DNA of 64,000 bases from NCBI GenBank assembly GCA_965222155.1, contig CBDCTH010000012.1:2656001-2720000 (forward strand). The letters run 5' to 3'. This DNA comes from Gammaproteobacteria bacterium (GTDB lineage: Bacteria; Pseudomonadota; Gammaproteobacteria; Eutrophobiales; Eutrophobiaceae). Positions 34,966 to 45,453 of this stretch are shown here, piece after piece (position 1 is the stretch's first letter; each line of letters opens with the position of its first letter). The notes under the pieces are model-generated. The model made no database searches. It saw only the letters and a list, made by a program, of their open reading frames with translations, and had not been told where the DNA came from. Made by a program: the position numbers and the translations under genes.

Positions 34966-35034
34966 TCCGGTTTACCCCCTGTTGCAACCGTGGGTTGAGA
35001 TATAGCAGTTCCCGGTTGAGATACGTCGTTACTT

Positions 35035-35592
35035 CTACTTTTCGGTAGCGACACCTAGGATAATCGCTGTCGTGCAGTGGTAAATCGTGCTGTTTTCCGT
35101 GCCGACACACCAGTTGATATCATTATTGGAAAAAGCGCGGTAAGGGGGGACATCCCCCAGGTTGTTGTTGCACAGGCAGCGACTGCAACTGGTTTTACCA
35201 CAGCAATCGTTATAGGAGATGATGTAGTTCAGATCATCCGCGGGATTTTTGCAGGTGCCAATCCAGGTCATGGCGGACATCGCCGTACCCGGAGGACAGG
35301 ATACGTGGGTACCGCCGCAGCAGCTACAGAGAAAACCGTCAACCGCGCAGTAGCGCCAATAATCGCAGGAAGCCGGATCGCCGGGATCCGCGGCGGAGTT
35401 GCCGCTGGTCTGTGGGGCTACTCCGTGATAACCACTGCCGCCGCCGTCGCCTGCAGCCCGGGCTACCGGCAGTAACGGCACTGCGGCGCCACCGGCCAGC
35501 GCCAGCCCTATCTTCTTTAACAGATGACGGCGTGACGTGTTCTTCGCCACCCGTCGGGAAAACCGTTCAGTGATTTTATCCAGCCAAATCAT
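35035..35592 (-). CDS. mauA: TTQ amine dehydrogenase small subunit (methylamine/aromatic amine dehydrogenase)
   Basis: Tat signal SRRHLL; CDYWRYCAVDG, YNDCCGK and DINWC (both TTQ Trp residues); Cys-rich. Confidence 0.9.
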   Translation of the reverse strand: MIWLDKITERFSRRVAKNTSRRHLLKKIGLALAGGAAVPLLPVARAAGDGGGSGYHGVAPQTSGNSAADPGDPASCDYWRYCAVDGFLCSCCGGTHVSCPPGTAMSAMTWIGTCKNPADDLNYIISYNDCCGKTSCSRCLCNNNLGDVPPYRAFSNNDINWCVGTENSTIYHCTTAIILGVATEK

Positions 35593-35644
35593 TTAACTTG
35601 CTCCTTCTTGAAACTGAATGCCGGTATACGGACCGTGTCTATAA

Positions 35645-36793
35645 TTATCTTGACGCATGAATAATCATCGGCATCTCGAAGGCCCGGCCGCCAATGAGGC
35701 GAAGCCATTCGCCACTGTCCGCGGAATAAACGTCCAGCTCCATATTACCGTTAGTCACGACCAGATAAGGTTGTTCGCCTTGAGTCACTTCTACCGAAAC
35801 ACCCCATTCTTTCAGAATTATACGGTTAAGGCGTTGCCTTGATTCGACGTCGTAGACCCAGACCTCACTACCGCCGCCCTTATGGGAGCCATCCGTCCCA
35901 TCGGGGTGCATAAGCACGAAAAGCCTGTGACTTGACGCATGGGCGGTAGCAATTTGCCAACCACCCGGGCGCCAGTTTTCCATCTTGTCCTGCTCCTGCA
36001 GCAGGGACCAGCTTGCTGGTATCTCAGGACTTGCTGCGGTCATATCAACCGGTTGTACCATGCCCTTGAATGAAGGAAAATAGTACACCCCGGCAATGAC
36101 CGCCGGCTTGGCAAAAATCGGGTCGGCGTCTGTGTCAAAAAAGGCCCCGGTGCGTTCCTGTTTGTTAACCTGACCATTCTCGTCCAGGTAGGAGACCAGC
36201 ATGGTATTATCTCCACACAGGCTACCGAAGCTATGTTGTTTTGATGGGTAGATCATGGTGCAACCGGCTATTGAGACTTCCGCCAGGACTTCGCGTTTCT
36301 CAATACCGATAACGCTGACGGAAGCGGCCGGGGTAAAATTGTACAGCAGCAAGAATTTTTCGTTATCCAGAAACTGTAGCGTGTTTTTGTGGGTAACGAT
36401 CATCCCGCGCTTGGCGCCGGGTAAAACTATCTCATCGATGGGGGCAAGACTGGTCTTGTCGTAGATGGTGATCAAATCCGTTCTCTCGCCCCGCAGACGT
36501 CTGGAGTGAATTGATTCCGCCACGTACAGTTGCGCCCGGCTTGACGCGGCAAGAAAGGATGGAAAATGGGACGAGGGAATGGAACCCTTGTAATTACGGT
36601 TTTCTGCCGCCACGTCCACCACGATCACCTTGGCGTCGTTAAGCGCGTAAAAGTTGGTGTCGTGGGCATACACCCAGGTATCGGGGTAGCTTGCCGGCAG
36701 GGTTTCTACATTGGGAATCGTATCCACCGGCAATTCAGCCAATGACGTCATGCAGCTTAAAATGAGTACCAGGCCGAATACGGCGCGTTTCAT
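35645..36793 (-). CDS. mauB: TTQ amine dehydrogenase large subunit
   Basis: Signal peptide; RG.RTD, YNFTPA.SV, WRPGGWQ and GSHK..G.EVW motifs. Confidence 0.85.
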   Translation of the reverse strand: MKRAVFGLVLILSCMTSLAELPVDTIPNVETLPASYPDTWVYAHDTNFYALNDAKVIVVDVAAENRNYKGSIPSSHFPSFLAASSRAQLYVAESIHSRRLRGERTDLITIYDKTSLAPIDEIVLPGAKRGMIVTHKNTLQFLDNEKFLLLYNFTPAASVSVIGIEKREVLAEVSIAGCTMIYPSKQHSFGSLCGDNTMLVSYLDENGQVNKQERTGAFFDTDADPIFAKPAVIAGVYYFPSFKGMVQPVDMTAASPEIPASWSLLQEQDKMENWRPGGWQIATAHASSHRLFVLMHPDGTDGSHKGGGSEVWVYDVESRQRLNRIILKEWGVSVEVTQGEQPYLVVTNGNMELDVYSADSGEWLRLIGGRAFEMPMIIHASR

Positions 36794-36904
36794 CTCAGTC
36801 TCCGATTTAATCCGAATTTTACAACTCCATACATATCCCTGCAACTGGAGTCATTCCATGACAACGACAGCCGTTATACCGGCATGCGCCGGAATGGCGA
36901 TCCC

Positions 36905-39136
36905 TTAGAAATGATAGGATACACTACCGCCGACCCAACGCGGACGGCCGTAATATTCCTCGATCCACCCCAGCAAGGCGGCAATATCGAAAGACTGAAC
37001 GACGTATTCTTCGTCAGTGATATTCTCGGCAAATACGGCAACCTCCCACTTATCGTCTGCAGTGGACCAGGAAAGTCGGGCATTGGCTATATGATAGCCG
37101 TTTTCACTAACGGCATCCGCGAGTGTCAGGGCATGGTAATGCTTGGATCGATAATGAATATCACCTTGTATAGCCATGACGCCGTTCTGGACCGGCCATT
37201 CATAGCGGATCAGACCATTCAGGTTCCATTTTGGGGATTGAATAGACGTGGTTTTTGTACCGTCCGCCAGGGTTACATCAATATCGTTATAGGAAACACC
37301 GAAGGCCAGGTCCAGACCGTCCGAGGGAGTAACAAATAACTCTGCCTCAAACCCCATACTCTCAGCATCCGGGGCGCTGACGACGTTGGTAGCAAGACCA
37401 ACGATGGTGAATGCCTGAAAGTCCTTATAATCATTGTAATAGGCAGAGACATTAAGACGCGCCTGGCCGTCAAGCAGGGAGGACTTGAAGCCGATCTCAA
37501 AGGCATTCAGTTCTTCTTCATTGAACTGGAATTGCGCATCGTACTCAGGCGTGCCGGGGTCGGCTACCAGGTAGGCTTCCAGCGGCGCATTGAAACCGCC
37601 ACCTTTTACTCCCCTGTTCCAACTGGCATAAACCAGCCAGTCATCATTGGGTTGCCAGTCAAGCTCGACTTTTGCCGACCAGAGACCTTCATTATACTCG
37701 CCGCTGAATCCACCCAGAGAATCCAGGATATTCGGATTGCCGTTACGTTCCACGCTGCCGTTATTCAAAAACGCAACAAAATTGTTTTCATAGCCGTAAT
37801 CAACCTGCTCATCAATCCAGCGAAAACCGCCAATCACGGTAAACTGGTCACCGAGTTGGTATTCAAGCTGTCCGAACAGTGACCATGAGTCTTTCTCCTG
37901 TGTATACGGACTGTCAAGGCCGGCATAGTTACCCAGGCCATCCGTGCCGGATGCGCCTGACGGGTCCACGCCAAGCAGGGGGATCTCCGCGCCGTTGGCA
38001 TCGGCAATATCAATGTTCAGGTAATAAAAACCGGCAACCCAGCGCAGTGCATCGGTCTCTCCGTTCAGACGGATTTCATTGGACCACTGTTCGGCGTCCG
38101 TACTCAGAAAGAAGTTGAAGTCTGCCAGCGGGCTGGCATCGGAATCCTCGATGTAATCGCGTTCAACACTCTGGCGGTCCATGATGACAGTCAGCAGCTT
38201 GTCACCCAGGTTCCACTTGAGGGTGCCGGTAAATCCAGAGGTCTCCAGGTCATTATGCCCCAGCTTGTCATAATCGCCGGCATAGTTATCGCGGTCGGCA
38301 TCACAATACCCGTTGAAGTTGGTGAACTCGCCACAACGATTCTTTTCCTTGACGCCGTTACCGTCAGCACCGACCGAGCCGGCTACGTTTTCAAAAAACC
38401 CGGTGCGAATCTCCTGCAGTGAATAACGGCCGTTCAGCAGCAGTGAGAAATCTTCGCTGGGTTCGAACAGGAACTGCGCCCTGGCAGCATAGTCGTTGGC
38501 ATTATTCAGGTCGTTATCCGGGTCAACGCGGTTTTCCACGTAACCACTGTTGTGGTGTGTGGAAACTGACAGACGGGCAGACAGCCCCTCCGTCAACGCG
38601 CCGTTGACGGCGCCCTGGAATTTCACCTGGTCGTACTCACCGACGGTGACCTGGCCGTAACCGCCGAATTCCTGCTCGGGTTTATTGGTTACGAAGTGGG
38701 CCAGACCTCCGGTGGCGTTTCGGCCGTACAAAGTGCCCTGCGGCCCGCGCAGGATCTCCACCCGCTCCATGTCGAACAGCATGAAGCCGGCGCCGGACAT
38801 CTGTGAGATATACACTTCGTCCACGTAGAGGGAAACGGGACTTTCCTGGTTGGCGACGAAGTCACTGTTGGCAGCGCCGCGGATTGCCAGGGCGTAGTTG
38901 GCTTCGCCGTTGGGTTGGACGGTATGTACTCCGGGCGCCAGCGCGGTGATCTGCTGGGCGTTGGTGTAACCCAGTTGACGCATTTGCTCACCGGAAAACG
39001 CGGTAATGGCGATGCCGACGTCCTGGATGTTCTGTTCACGCTTCTGCGCGGTGACGATGATCTCTTCCAGAACCTGGGCATTGACCAGACCGGTAATAGC
39101 GAAACTCATCAGGACAATTACGATTTTCTTTGCCAT
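36905..39136 (-). CDS. TonB-dependent receptor
   Basis: EEIIVTAQKR, RVEILRGPQGTLYGRNATGG, C-terminal Phe. Confidence 0.93.
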   Translation of the reverse strand: MAKKIVIVLMSFAITGLVNAQVLEEIIVTAQKREQNIQDVGIAITAFSGEQMRQLGYTNAQQITALAPGVHTVQPNGEANYALAIRGAANSDFVANQESPVSLYVDEVYISQMSGAGFMLFDMERVEILRGPQGTLYGRNATGGLAHFVTNKPEQEFGGYGQVTVGEYDQVKFQGAVNGALTEGLSARLSVSTHHNSGYVENRVDPDNDLNNANDYAARAQFLFEPSEDFSLLLNGRYSLQEIRTGFFENVAGSVGADGNGVKEKNRCGEFTNFNGYCDADRDNYAGDYDKLGHNDLETSGFTGTLKWNLGDKLLTVIMDRQSVERDYIEDSDASPLADFNFFLSTDAEQWSNEIRLNGETDALRWVAGFYYLNIDIADANGAEIPLLGVDPSGASGTDGLGNYAGLDSPYTQEKDSWSLFGQLEYQLGDQFTVIGGFRWIDEQVDYGYENNFVAFLNNGSVERNGNPNILDSLGGFSGEYNEGLWSAKVELDWQPNDDWLVYASWNRGVKGGGFNAPLEAYLVADPGTPEYDAQFQFNEEELNAFEIGFKSSLLDGQARLNVSAYYNDYKDFQAFTIVGLATNVVSAPDAESMGFEAELFVTPSDGLDLAFGVSYNDIDVTLADGTKTTSIQSPKWNLNGLIRYEWPVQNGVMAIQGDIHYRSKHYHALTLADAVSENGYHIANARLSWSTADDKWEVAVFAENITDEEYVVQSFDIAALLGWIEEYYGRPRWVGGSVSYHF

Positions 39137-39200
39137 TGGACACCCCCTGGGATGTTGATTCGATAATAAAACCTGCATGTATCCATGCACACAAAGCTAA

Positions 39201-39239
39201 TTTTAGGACAATCGTCTTAATAGGTCAATAGTCCTAAAA
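39201..39239. promoter_or_regulatory. Tandem palindromes, probable TetR operators
   Basis: TAGGACAATCGTCTTA and TAGGTCAATAGTCCTA lie between the divergent receptor and TetR genes. Confidence 0.55.
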
Positions 39240-39279
39240 TAAAAAATTATAAAATTTATCCTCTGGCTTATGCAATAAT

Positions 39280-39999
39280 TTGCAAAGTTGCAGCAAATCC
39301 AAATCGCCGACATTCATGTTGATCCGACAACGCAAGGCCCTTAACCGATCCGGAACGGCTACCCACGAGAAAGGGATAACCCGATTAATCAGTATCCTGG
39401 ATGCGGCCAGGGAGGTGCTCATGGAAGCCGGTTACGGCGGCTTCACCATGCGCAAAGTCGCAGCACGCGCCGGTATCACTATCGGTAATCTCAACTATTA
39501 TTACCGGACCAAAGAAGATTTATTACGGGATTTGTTGGAATACGTCATCAACCATTACCTGGAAGAATTTGAACGCCGCCGGCAAATCGCCGGACATTCT
39601 CCCGAGAAACAACTGCTGGCCGTCCTCAAATTCTGGATTGAAGACCTGAATACCCTGGAAACCACCATTTTCTTCCCGGAACTCTGGGCATTGGGCAACC
39701 ATGATCCCTATATCGCCGAGTTGATCGATGACCTGTACGCAAAGGCCAGGTTACCGTTGAACGAACTGATCCCGCAAATCAACCCCACACTGACCAGGAA
39801 AGAGGCTGAACGGATGGCGCTGTATATGTGCGCGGCAATGGAAGGCCTGACAATTTTCGTGGGAAAAGACAAGTCCTGGTCCAACCAGATCGAGGAAATA
39901 AAACGGATAACCATCAGAAACTTCATGACAATGATCAAGAACACAACAGGCAAGCGTAAGCAAAGTAAGCGGGATGACGCGGCTGTACAACCGTTATGA
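39280..39999 (+). CDS. TetR-family regulator (start probably 39316)
   Basis: ILDAA...FTMRKVAARAGITIGNLNYYYRTKEDL. Confidence 0.9.
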   Translation: MQSCSKSKSPTFMLIRQRKALNRSGTATHEKGITRLISILDAAREVLMEAGYGGFTMRKVAARAGITIGNLNYYYRTKEDLLRDLLEYVINHYLEEFERRRQIAGHSPEKQLLAVLKFWIEDLNTLETTIFFPELWALGNHDPYIAELIDDLYAKARLPLNELIPQINPTLTRKEAERMALYMCAAMEGLTIFVGKDKSWSNQIEEIKRITIRNFMTMIKNTTGKRKQSKRDDAAVQPL

Positions 40000-40066
40000 C
40001 TTGCCTTCTCAACCACCTGTGACACACTACGCACCTTTTATAATGGCTACGTAAGGAATACAGAAC

Positions 40067-40594
40067 ATGAGCGACATGATCAAATATCTGTTACAGGAAG
40101 CCGACATTCCCACAGTCTGGTATAACATCGCCGCGGATTTACCCGAACCGCCGCCGCCGGTACTGCATCCCGGGACGGGTCAGCCCATCACACCGGCTGA
40201 TCTCGCCCCGCTGTTTCCGATGGCCGTAATCGAACAGGAAGTCAGCAGCGAACGTTATATCGATATACCTCACCCGGTAAGGGATATTCTCAAGCAATGG
40301 CGGCCATCACCTCTGTACAGGGCGCGCCGGCTGGAACAGGCCCTGGATACGCCAGCGCGGATTTATTACAAGTACGAGGGTGTGAGTCCGGCAGGGTCCC
40401 ATAAGCCCAATACCGCCGTGGCCCAGGCGTTTTATTCGAAGCAGGAAGGCGTGAAGCGCATCACCACGGAAACGGGCGCGGGCCAGTGGGGATCGGCGCT
40501 GGCATTTGCCGGCAAGCTGTACGGCCAGGACTATTCCGAGGAAGAACTCGCTATGGCCCTGTCCGGCCTGCCCTCGGTGGCTGTCGCCGCCTGA
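40067..40594 (+). pseudogene. trpB2: TrpB2 (TrpB-like PLP enzyme) with large in-frame internal deletion
   Basis: [16 protein letters not shown] and TETGAGQWG joined directly to the C-terminal [12 protein letters not shown]; 175 aa versus about 450 expected. Confidence 0.8.
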
Positions 40595-40595
40595 G

Positions 40596-41918
40596 ATGAA
40601 CTCGAAATCTTCTGTCGCACGACAATCCGGACACGATATTGTCATTGTCGGCGGCGGGGTTGCCGGCATCCATCTGGCAACAAAACTGGGACGGGCTGTT
40701 CGTTCCAGGCCGGATGTTTCGGTCAAGCTCGTCGATGCTACGTTGACCCACGTCTGGAAACCGTCACTACATGAATTTGCGGCAGGCTCCCGCGGCATCG
40801 GAGATGATGAGGTCAGTTTTCTGTCGCACTCGATGAGGAATAACTACGAATTCCAGCTCGGATACTTCGCCGGGGTAGACACTGAAAAACAGGTTGTCAC
40901 TCTCGACCCCGTCACTGATGACGTTGGAAAACCCATCGCGCCAAGACGCACTTTGTCTTACGACACATTCGTCCTGGCTATCGGCAGCGTCTGCTCTGAT
41001 CTTGGCGTGCCAGGCGTCACTGAAAATTGCCTGTTCCTGGACAATCGAAAGCAGGCGCAAAGCCTGCACCGCGAATTCCTGAACCTTTGTTTGCGGTATG
41101 ACAGCGGCGCGTTGCCGGACGGCGCTAATTCAATCGACATCGCCATCGTCGGCGGTGGCGCTACTGGCGTGGAGTTGGCGGCTGAACTACGCGAAGCAAC
41201 GCATAACGGCCTCGACACTCTCATACCCCCCGAGCGCGTCCGCATCAGCGTTATCGAAGCAAGCGACCGGCTTGTGCCGGGGTTGCCGGAACGCCTGTCG
41301 CGCGCGGTCCGGCGCGAGCTTGAGAAGCTCGATATCAACGTATTTTTGAACAGCCGCGTGACCCGCTTGACTCAGCACAGCATCATTCTGAATGATGACC
41401 AGACCGTTGATGCGCATTTGAAGATCTGGGCCGCCGGCATTTCCGCGCCTGAGGAACTCAAGTCGCTCAGCCAATTTGAGCACGACCGGGTTGGGCGTAT
41501 CAAGGTCGACAGAACCTTGCGGGCTGCCGGGTTCGATGATATCTTCGTGCTTGGCGACAGCGCCTGTTGTCCCTGGACTGACGCAAATACGCCGGTACCC
41601 CCGCGCGCCCAGGCCGCAACGCAGCAGGCCGCCTTTATGGTCGGACAGGTGCAGCGCCGTCTGGCCGATCAGCCGCTTCTGCAATTCAACTACAGAGACC
41701 GGGGTTCTCTGGTGTCGATCGCCGACCACTCTGCGGTCGGCACATTGATGGGAAAAGCCCTGGGCATCATAACGTTTGAGGGGCGCCTGGCGCGCTGGGC
41801 TTACTTGTCGCTCTACCAGATGCACCTGTTGTCGGTACATGGTGTAACGAAAACGATATATCTCAGCATCGCAAGATTCTTTGCGTCACGTACGCGACCA
41901 CGACTGAAACTTCATTGA
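40596..41918 (+). CDS. ndh: Type II NADH dehydrogenase
   Basis: IVGGGVAG, IVGGGATGVELAAEL, VPPRAQAA, RPRLKLH. Confidence 0.9.
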   Translation: MNSKSSVARQSGHDIVIVGGGVAGIHLATKLGRAVRSRPDVSVKLVDATLTHVWKPSLHEFAAGSRGIGDDEVSFLSHSMRNNYEFQLGYFAGVDTEKQVVTLDPVTDDVGKPIAPRRTLSYDTFVLAIGSVCSDLGVPGVTENCLFLDNRKQAQSLHREFLNLCLRYDSGALPDGANSIDIAIVGGGATGVELAAELREATHNGLDTLIPPERVRISVIEASDRLVPGLPERLSRAVRRELEKLDINVFLNSRVTRLTQHSIILNDDQTVDAHLKIWAAGISAPEELKSLSQFEHDRVGRIKVDRTLRAAGFDDIFVLGDSACCPWTDANTPVPPRAQAATQQAAFMVGQVQRRLADQPLLQFNYRDRGSLVSIADHSAVGTLMGKALGIITFEGRLARWAYLSLYQMHLLSVHGVTKTIYLSIARFFASRTRPRLKLH

Positions 41919-42254
41919 AGCGGTAAAGCTGTCACTCAGCAGCGTACAGTTCGAGATAGTAATATCCGTTTACCGGAAAAACGTGTTGCTATATCGCGTT
42001 TTTCCGGCAAATTCGGCAATTACATGCACATAATTACCGAGTGTTTTTTCAGAATCATGATCGGCAGGCTTTAAAAAATTCGCTGCTGTGCTGTACTTTC
42101 TCCAATACTTATTTCTTGCTGCCTGACTCATTAGTTATCTGAATATCTCCAAATTCTGTTGTTTCCTTTATTATTGGTAAGCGGATGGCCACGCGCAGTT
42201 GTTGTTCGGCGGCCACTAACTTGAGCACATAGACCTTTCCGAATATTTCATTCA

Positions 42255-42933
42255 TTATTTGAGGAATTTACTTTTATGATTCACCAGAAATATATCATCA
42301 GAAAACCATTGCGGTTTGAGATAGATGAAATTATTGACAGCCTTTTTTAACTCATATCCGCTGGCGGGAGTAGCGGCAAAAACCTTCTTGCCTGTCTCCC
42401 TGACTGCCTTAACTGCCGGGATAAAATCGCCATCAGCAGATATGAGATAAGCCACATCAAACACTCCTTTCATTGCTGTTGAGACCATATCAACTGCAAC
42501 ATTTACATCCACTCTTTTCTCTGTATAAGAAATCATATGTCTCCTGATGTGTGAGTTTTTTCAGCTTATTCAAAACAACTGAATGCTTTATTAAATGCCC
42601 GTGGGAAGACAGAAGTTCCCCTAGCTCTTTCTGGAGTTGATTATTTTCAGGTCGAACCCGTCTTTTTTCCACGCGACCCAAAATAACCTTTACACCCTGC
42701 TTTTTGATCGCGCTTATAAAAACTGCCTGACTCCTGGAAAGATTTAAATCTCCTGATATCCTGCCGATGTAATATCTTATTTCAACGACTTTGCGGTGTT
42801 CCTGGGAGAGTTTTCGAGCAAATTTACGATAGTCTATCGCGGAAATGTTAATTCTGATCTTCTTCGCGGCATGATACCAGTTATTTCCATCTATGAAGAA
42901 AACAGCCCTGTCTTGTCGATTGTCCATAATCAT
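42255..42933 (-). pseudogene. NYN/LabA-domain protein, frameshifted near 42530
   Basis: FIDGNN in one frame; EKRVDV..AVD and SADGDF in the next. Confidence 0.8.
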
Positions 42934-43118
42934 CTGTAATGAAGTGCCCCCGGGGAGCCGTAAACGGCATAGTCCCGGGGGGGGTTAGATGCTACTGATA
43001 GAGAATACTAACTGATACATCATTCTGTCAAACGTTATATTAGTGAGCCATTGCGGTACTGGAGCTACATGTGAACTTATCAATGCGTCATTCGAGGCGT
43101 ATATGGCGAAAATATGGG

Positions 43119-43673
43119 TCAAGGAAACAAGCCCCAGGTAACCAGATAATCGGGGCTGGTTGCAGGTCTGCTTATTTCCTGTGTGATTACCTGCTTTTTC
43201 GCCGGCGTCGCGGGACATAGCTCCGTATCAATCGCTGATGCCATTTCCCTGCTCCAGTTGTTTGTGAGATTAATTATCTGTGTACTTGCATCCTGTAACA
43301 GGAGAGAGTGTTCAACTTTGTCTCCCGGCAGGTAACGATGCTCGCCGAACATCAGCAGTTTGCCACCCTGCCCCCGCGCCAGTTCTCCCAATACGTAAGC
43401 GGCCGCGCCTTTAGTGCAACCGAGTATGGTCGTATCTGCGTCCCACGGGCCGGATAGTTCGCGGAAAGTTTCTGCCGGGTCCTGTTTCAGGACATGAATG
43501 GCGGACGCCCGGGACTTCAATGCATCCTTGAATGCGATGCTTTCCGTTATGCTGTTTTCAAAGACAACCTTGACCGGCGCCTGCGGCAAAATTTTCGCAA
43601 CGACTGGGGCAGGCAAAGCCGAACCGATAATGGACAGTGCGGCAGTCTGTAATATTCTTCTTCTTGTAACCAT
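43119..43673 (-). CDS. Tat-exported hypothetical protein (PchX-like position)
   Basis: TRRRILQ signal; directly downstream of the cytochrome c gene. Confidence 0.6.
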   Translation of the reverse strand: MVTRRRILQTAALSIIGSALPAPVVAKILPQAPVKVVFENSITESIAFKDALKSRASAIHVLKQDPAETFRELSGPWDADTTILGCTKGAAAYVLGELARGQGGKLLMFGEHRYLPGDKVEHSLLLQDASTQIINLTNNWSREMASAIDTELCPATPAKKQVITQEISRPATSPDYLVTWGLFP

Positions 43674-43680
43674 GACTGAT

Positions 43681-43998
43681 TTACCGGCCCAGGAAATCCG
43701 CCAGGGCATTCATTTCCGCTTCGCTGATCTCAGTGATGCGGAATGAGGGCATTTCATCCAGACCGCGGCGCACTATTAACCTGATGTATTCCGGGTCCAG
43801 ATCGTCCCGTTCAGTCAGCAACGATTTCTCTTTGCCCTTGTCCCAAGTCAGGCGCAGGGTGCCCGGACCGCTGTTGTCTTCACCGTGACAATGGACACAC
43901 CACTGTTGGAATACCCTCTCTCCAGTTGTAACTTCCGCCGCCTGGAGTGGATGGTGCACCATGGTCAGGGTGATCATGATGGCTGTGAGCTGTTTCAT
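43681..43998 (-). CDS. pchC: Cytochrome c subunit of p-cresol methylhydroxylase-like flavocytochrome
   Basis: Signal peptide; CVHCH, PGT..L and VRRG..EMPSFR.TEIS motifs. Confidence 0.8.
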   Translation of the reverse strand: MKQLTAIMITLTMVHHPLQAAEVTTGERVFQQWCVHCHGEDNSGPGTLRLTWDKGKEKSLLTERDDLDPEYIRLIVRRGLDEMPSFRITEISEAEMNALADFLGR

Positions 43999-44604
43999 TG
44001 TTTCTCGCGCAGGTATTTCGGCCAGATCCCCTGCTTGCCAGGCGCCAGTATGCCGTTCGGGTCCAGCGCGTCCTTGAGCTTGTTGTTCAGGCGCGCCAGG
44101 GAGTTGTCGTTCCAGTTGTAGGTGGCGGCTATCTGGTCCATGAAGGCAATGTGCGTTCGGTATTCGCCGTAGCCGGCCTCAGCGGCTTCCCGGACCAGGA
44201 TTTCAAATAATTGATAGGCGCGCTGTTTCTTTTCCGGGTCATTCTTATCAAATACCAGGGTATAGATATGGTGCATCTCTCGCCAGCCGACGATGAACAC
44301 GCCCATGTAATCGAAACCGTGTTCGTGCGCCCGCTGCTTCACCATGTTGAATTGTTTGATGGCATCCGCACCGGTTGTCGGGGAAACCGGGGAGAAATCA
44401 ATATGGCCACCGCCGCCCACCCAGTTTACCAGGCCGAATTCGGTCAGGGTCGGGATCCCGGCCATGGTTTTGGCGCGCTGATGCAGGACGTCGTTTTTGT
44501 TTTTTCGATCTTCGGGAAAATAAAATTTTGCAGCGGTGATTGATGCAAAAGCATCCCGGATGATCTCCCAGTGAGCGTCCATGATTTTCGGCGGGCCGTA
44601 GAGG
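43995..44604 (-). pseudogene. pchF: 3' fragment of PchF/VAO-family flavoprotein
   Basis: LYGPP...GYGEYRTH...DPNGILAPGKQGIWP; 5' part absent; coupled to pchC. Confidence 0.8.
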
Positions 44605-44775
44605 AGGAATATTGAAATCATGTTACTCTGACCCCAAATATCCACAGCAAACAAATAGCCGATGACGACAAGCGAACTGGTAAGAAATACGGGCTAACCC
44701 ACTCCCTGGCTGTCAGGACGCTTGTCCTATACTTATACTTGACCTCTGATGTACAGTTGACTAACATCACGCATC

Positions 44776-45012
44776 ATGCGTACTACCATCAACATTGCAA
44801 CGCCGATTCTCGAGGAACTGAAGAAGATCCAGAGTAAAGAGGGCGGTTCTCTGGGTGAGCTTGTTTCCAGGTTGCTGGCCGGGGCACTTAAGACACGCCC
44901 GTCGCGCGGAATTGATCCCGAGCTCGAATGGGTCAGCAAACCTATGCGTGTGCGCGTAGACCTTGTTGACAAGGAGGCCGTTTACGCGCTGCTTGATGAA
45001 GATTCCCTTTGA
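44776..45012 (+). CDS. VapB-type antitoxin
   Basis: MRTTINI RHH-like start; overlaps the PIN gene. Confidence 0.8.
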   Translation: MRTTINIATPILEELKKIQSKEGGSLGELVSRLLAGALKTRPSRGIDPELEWVSKPMRVRVDLVDKEAVYALLDEDSL

Positions 45013-45443
45013 GCTACACGATAGACGTCAATATTCTGCTCTATGCCTCAGATCGGACCTCACCGTTCCATGCGGCAGCGGCTGACTTTCTGCGTAATCG
45101 TTCGAAGGACCCGGAGATCTTATGCCTGACGTGGCCGACCATCATGAGCTATGTCCGACTGGCGACTCATCCGAGGGTGTTCGATGACCCCATGAGTCCG
45201 CAGGAGGCAATCGACAATATTGCCCACTTGATGCAAATGTCGCGGTGCCGAGTCGTGGTGGAAAATGAGGATTTTCTGACCAGTTTCCGTGAAATCGTTG
45301 CAGGGGTTACTGTACGCGGCAATCTCGTGCCTGACGCGCACCTTGCCGCTATGATGCATATCCACGACATTCGTACCATTTATACACACGACCGGGATTT
45401 TCTGAAGTTCACTTTCTTGAAGGTCATTGACCCGGTCGCTTGA
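45009..45443 (+). CDS. vapC: VapC PIN toxin
   Basis: [26 protein letters not shown]. Confidence 0.9.
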   Translation: MSYTIDVNILLYASDRTSPFHAAAADFLRNRSKDPEILCLTWPTIMSYVRLATHPRVFDDPMSPQEAIDNIAHLMQMSRCRVVVENEDFLTSFREIVAGVTVRGNLVPDAHLAAMMHIHDIRTIYTHDRDFLKFTFLKVIDPVA

Positions 45444-45453
45444 TTACCGCCAG

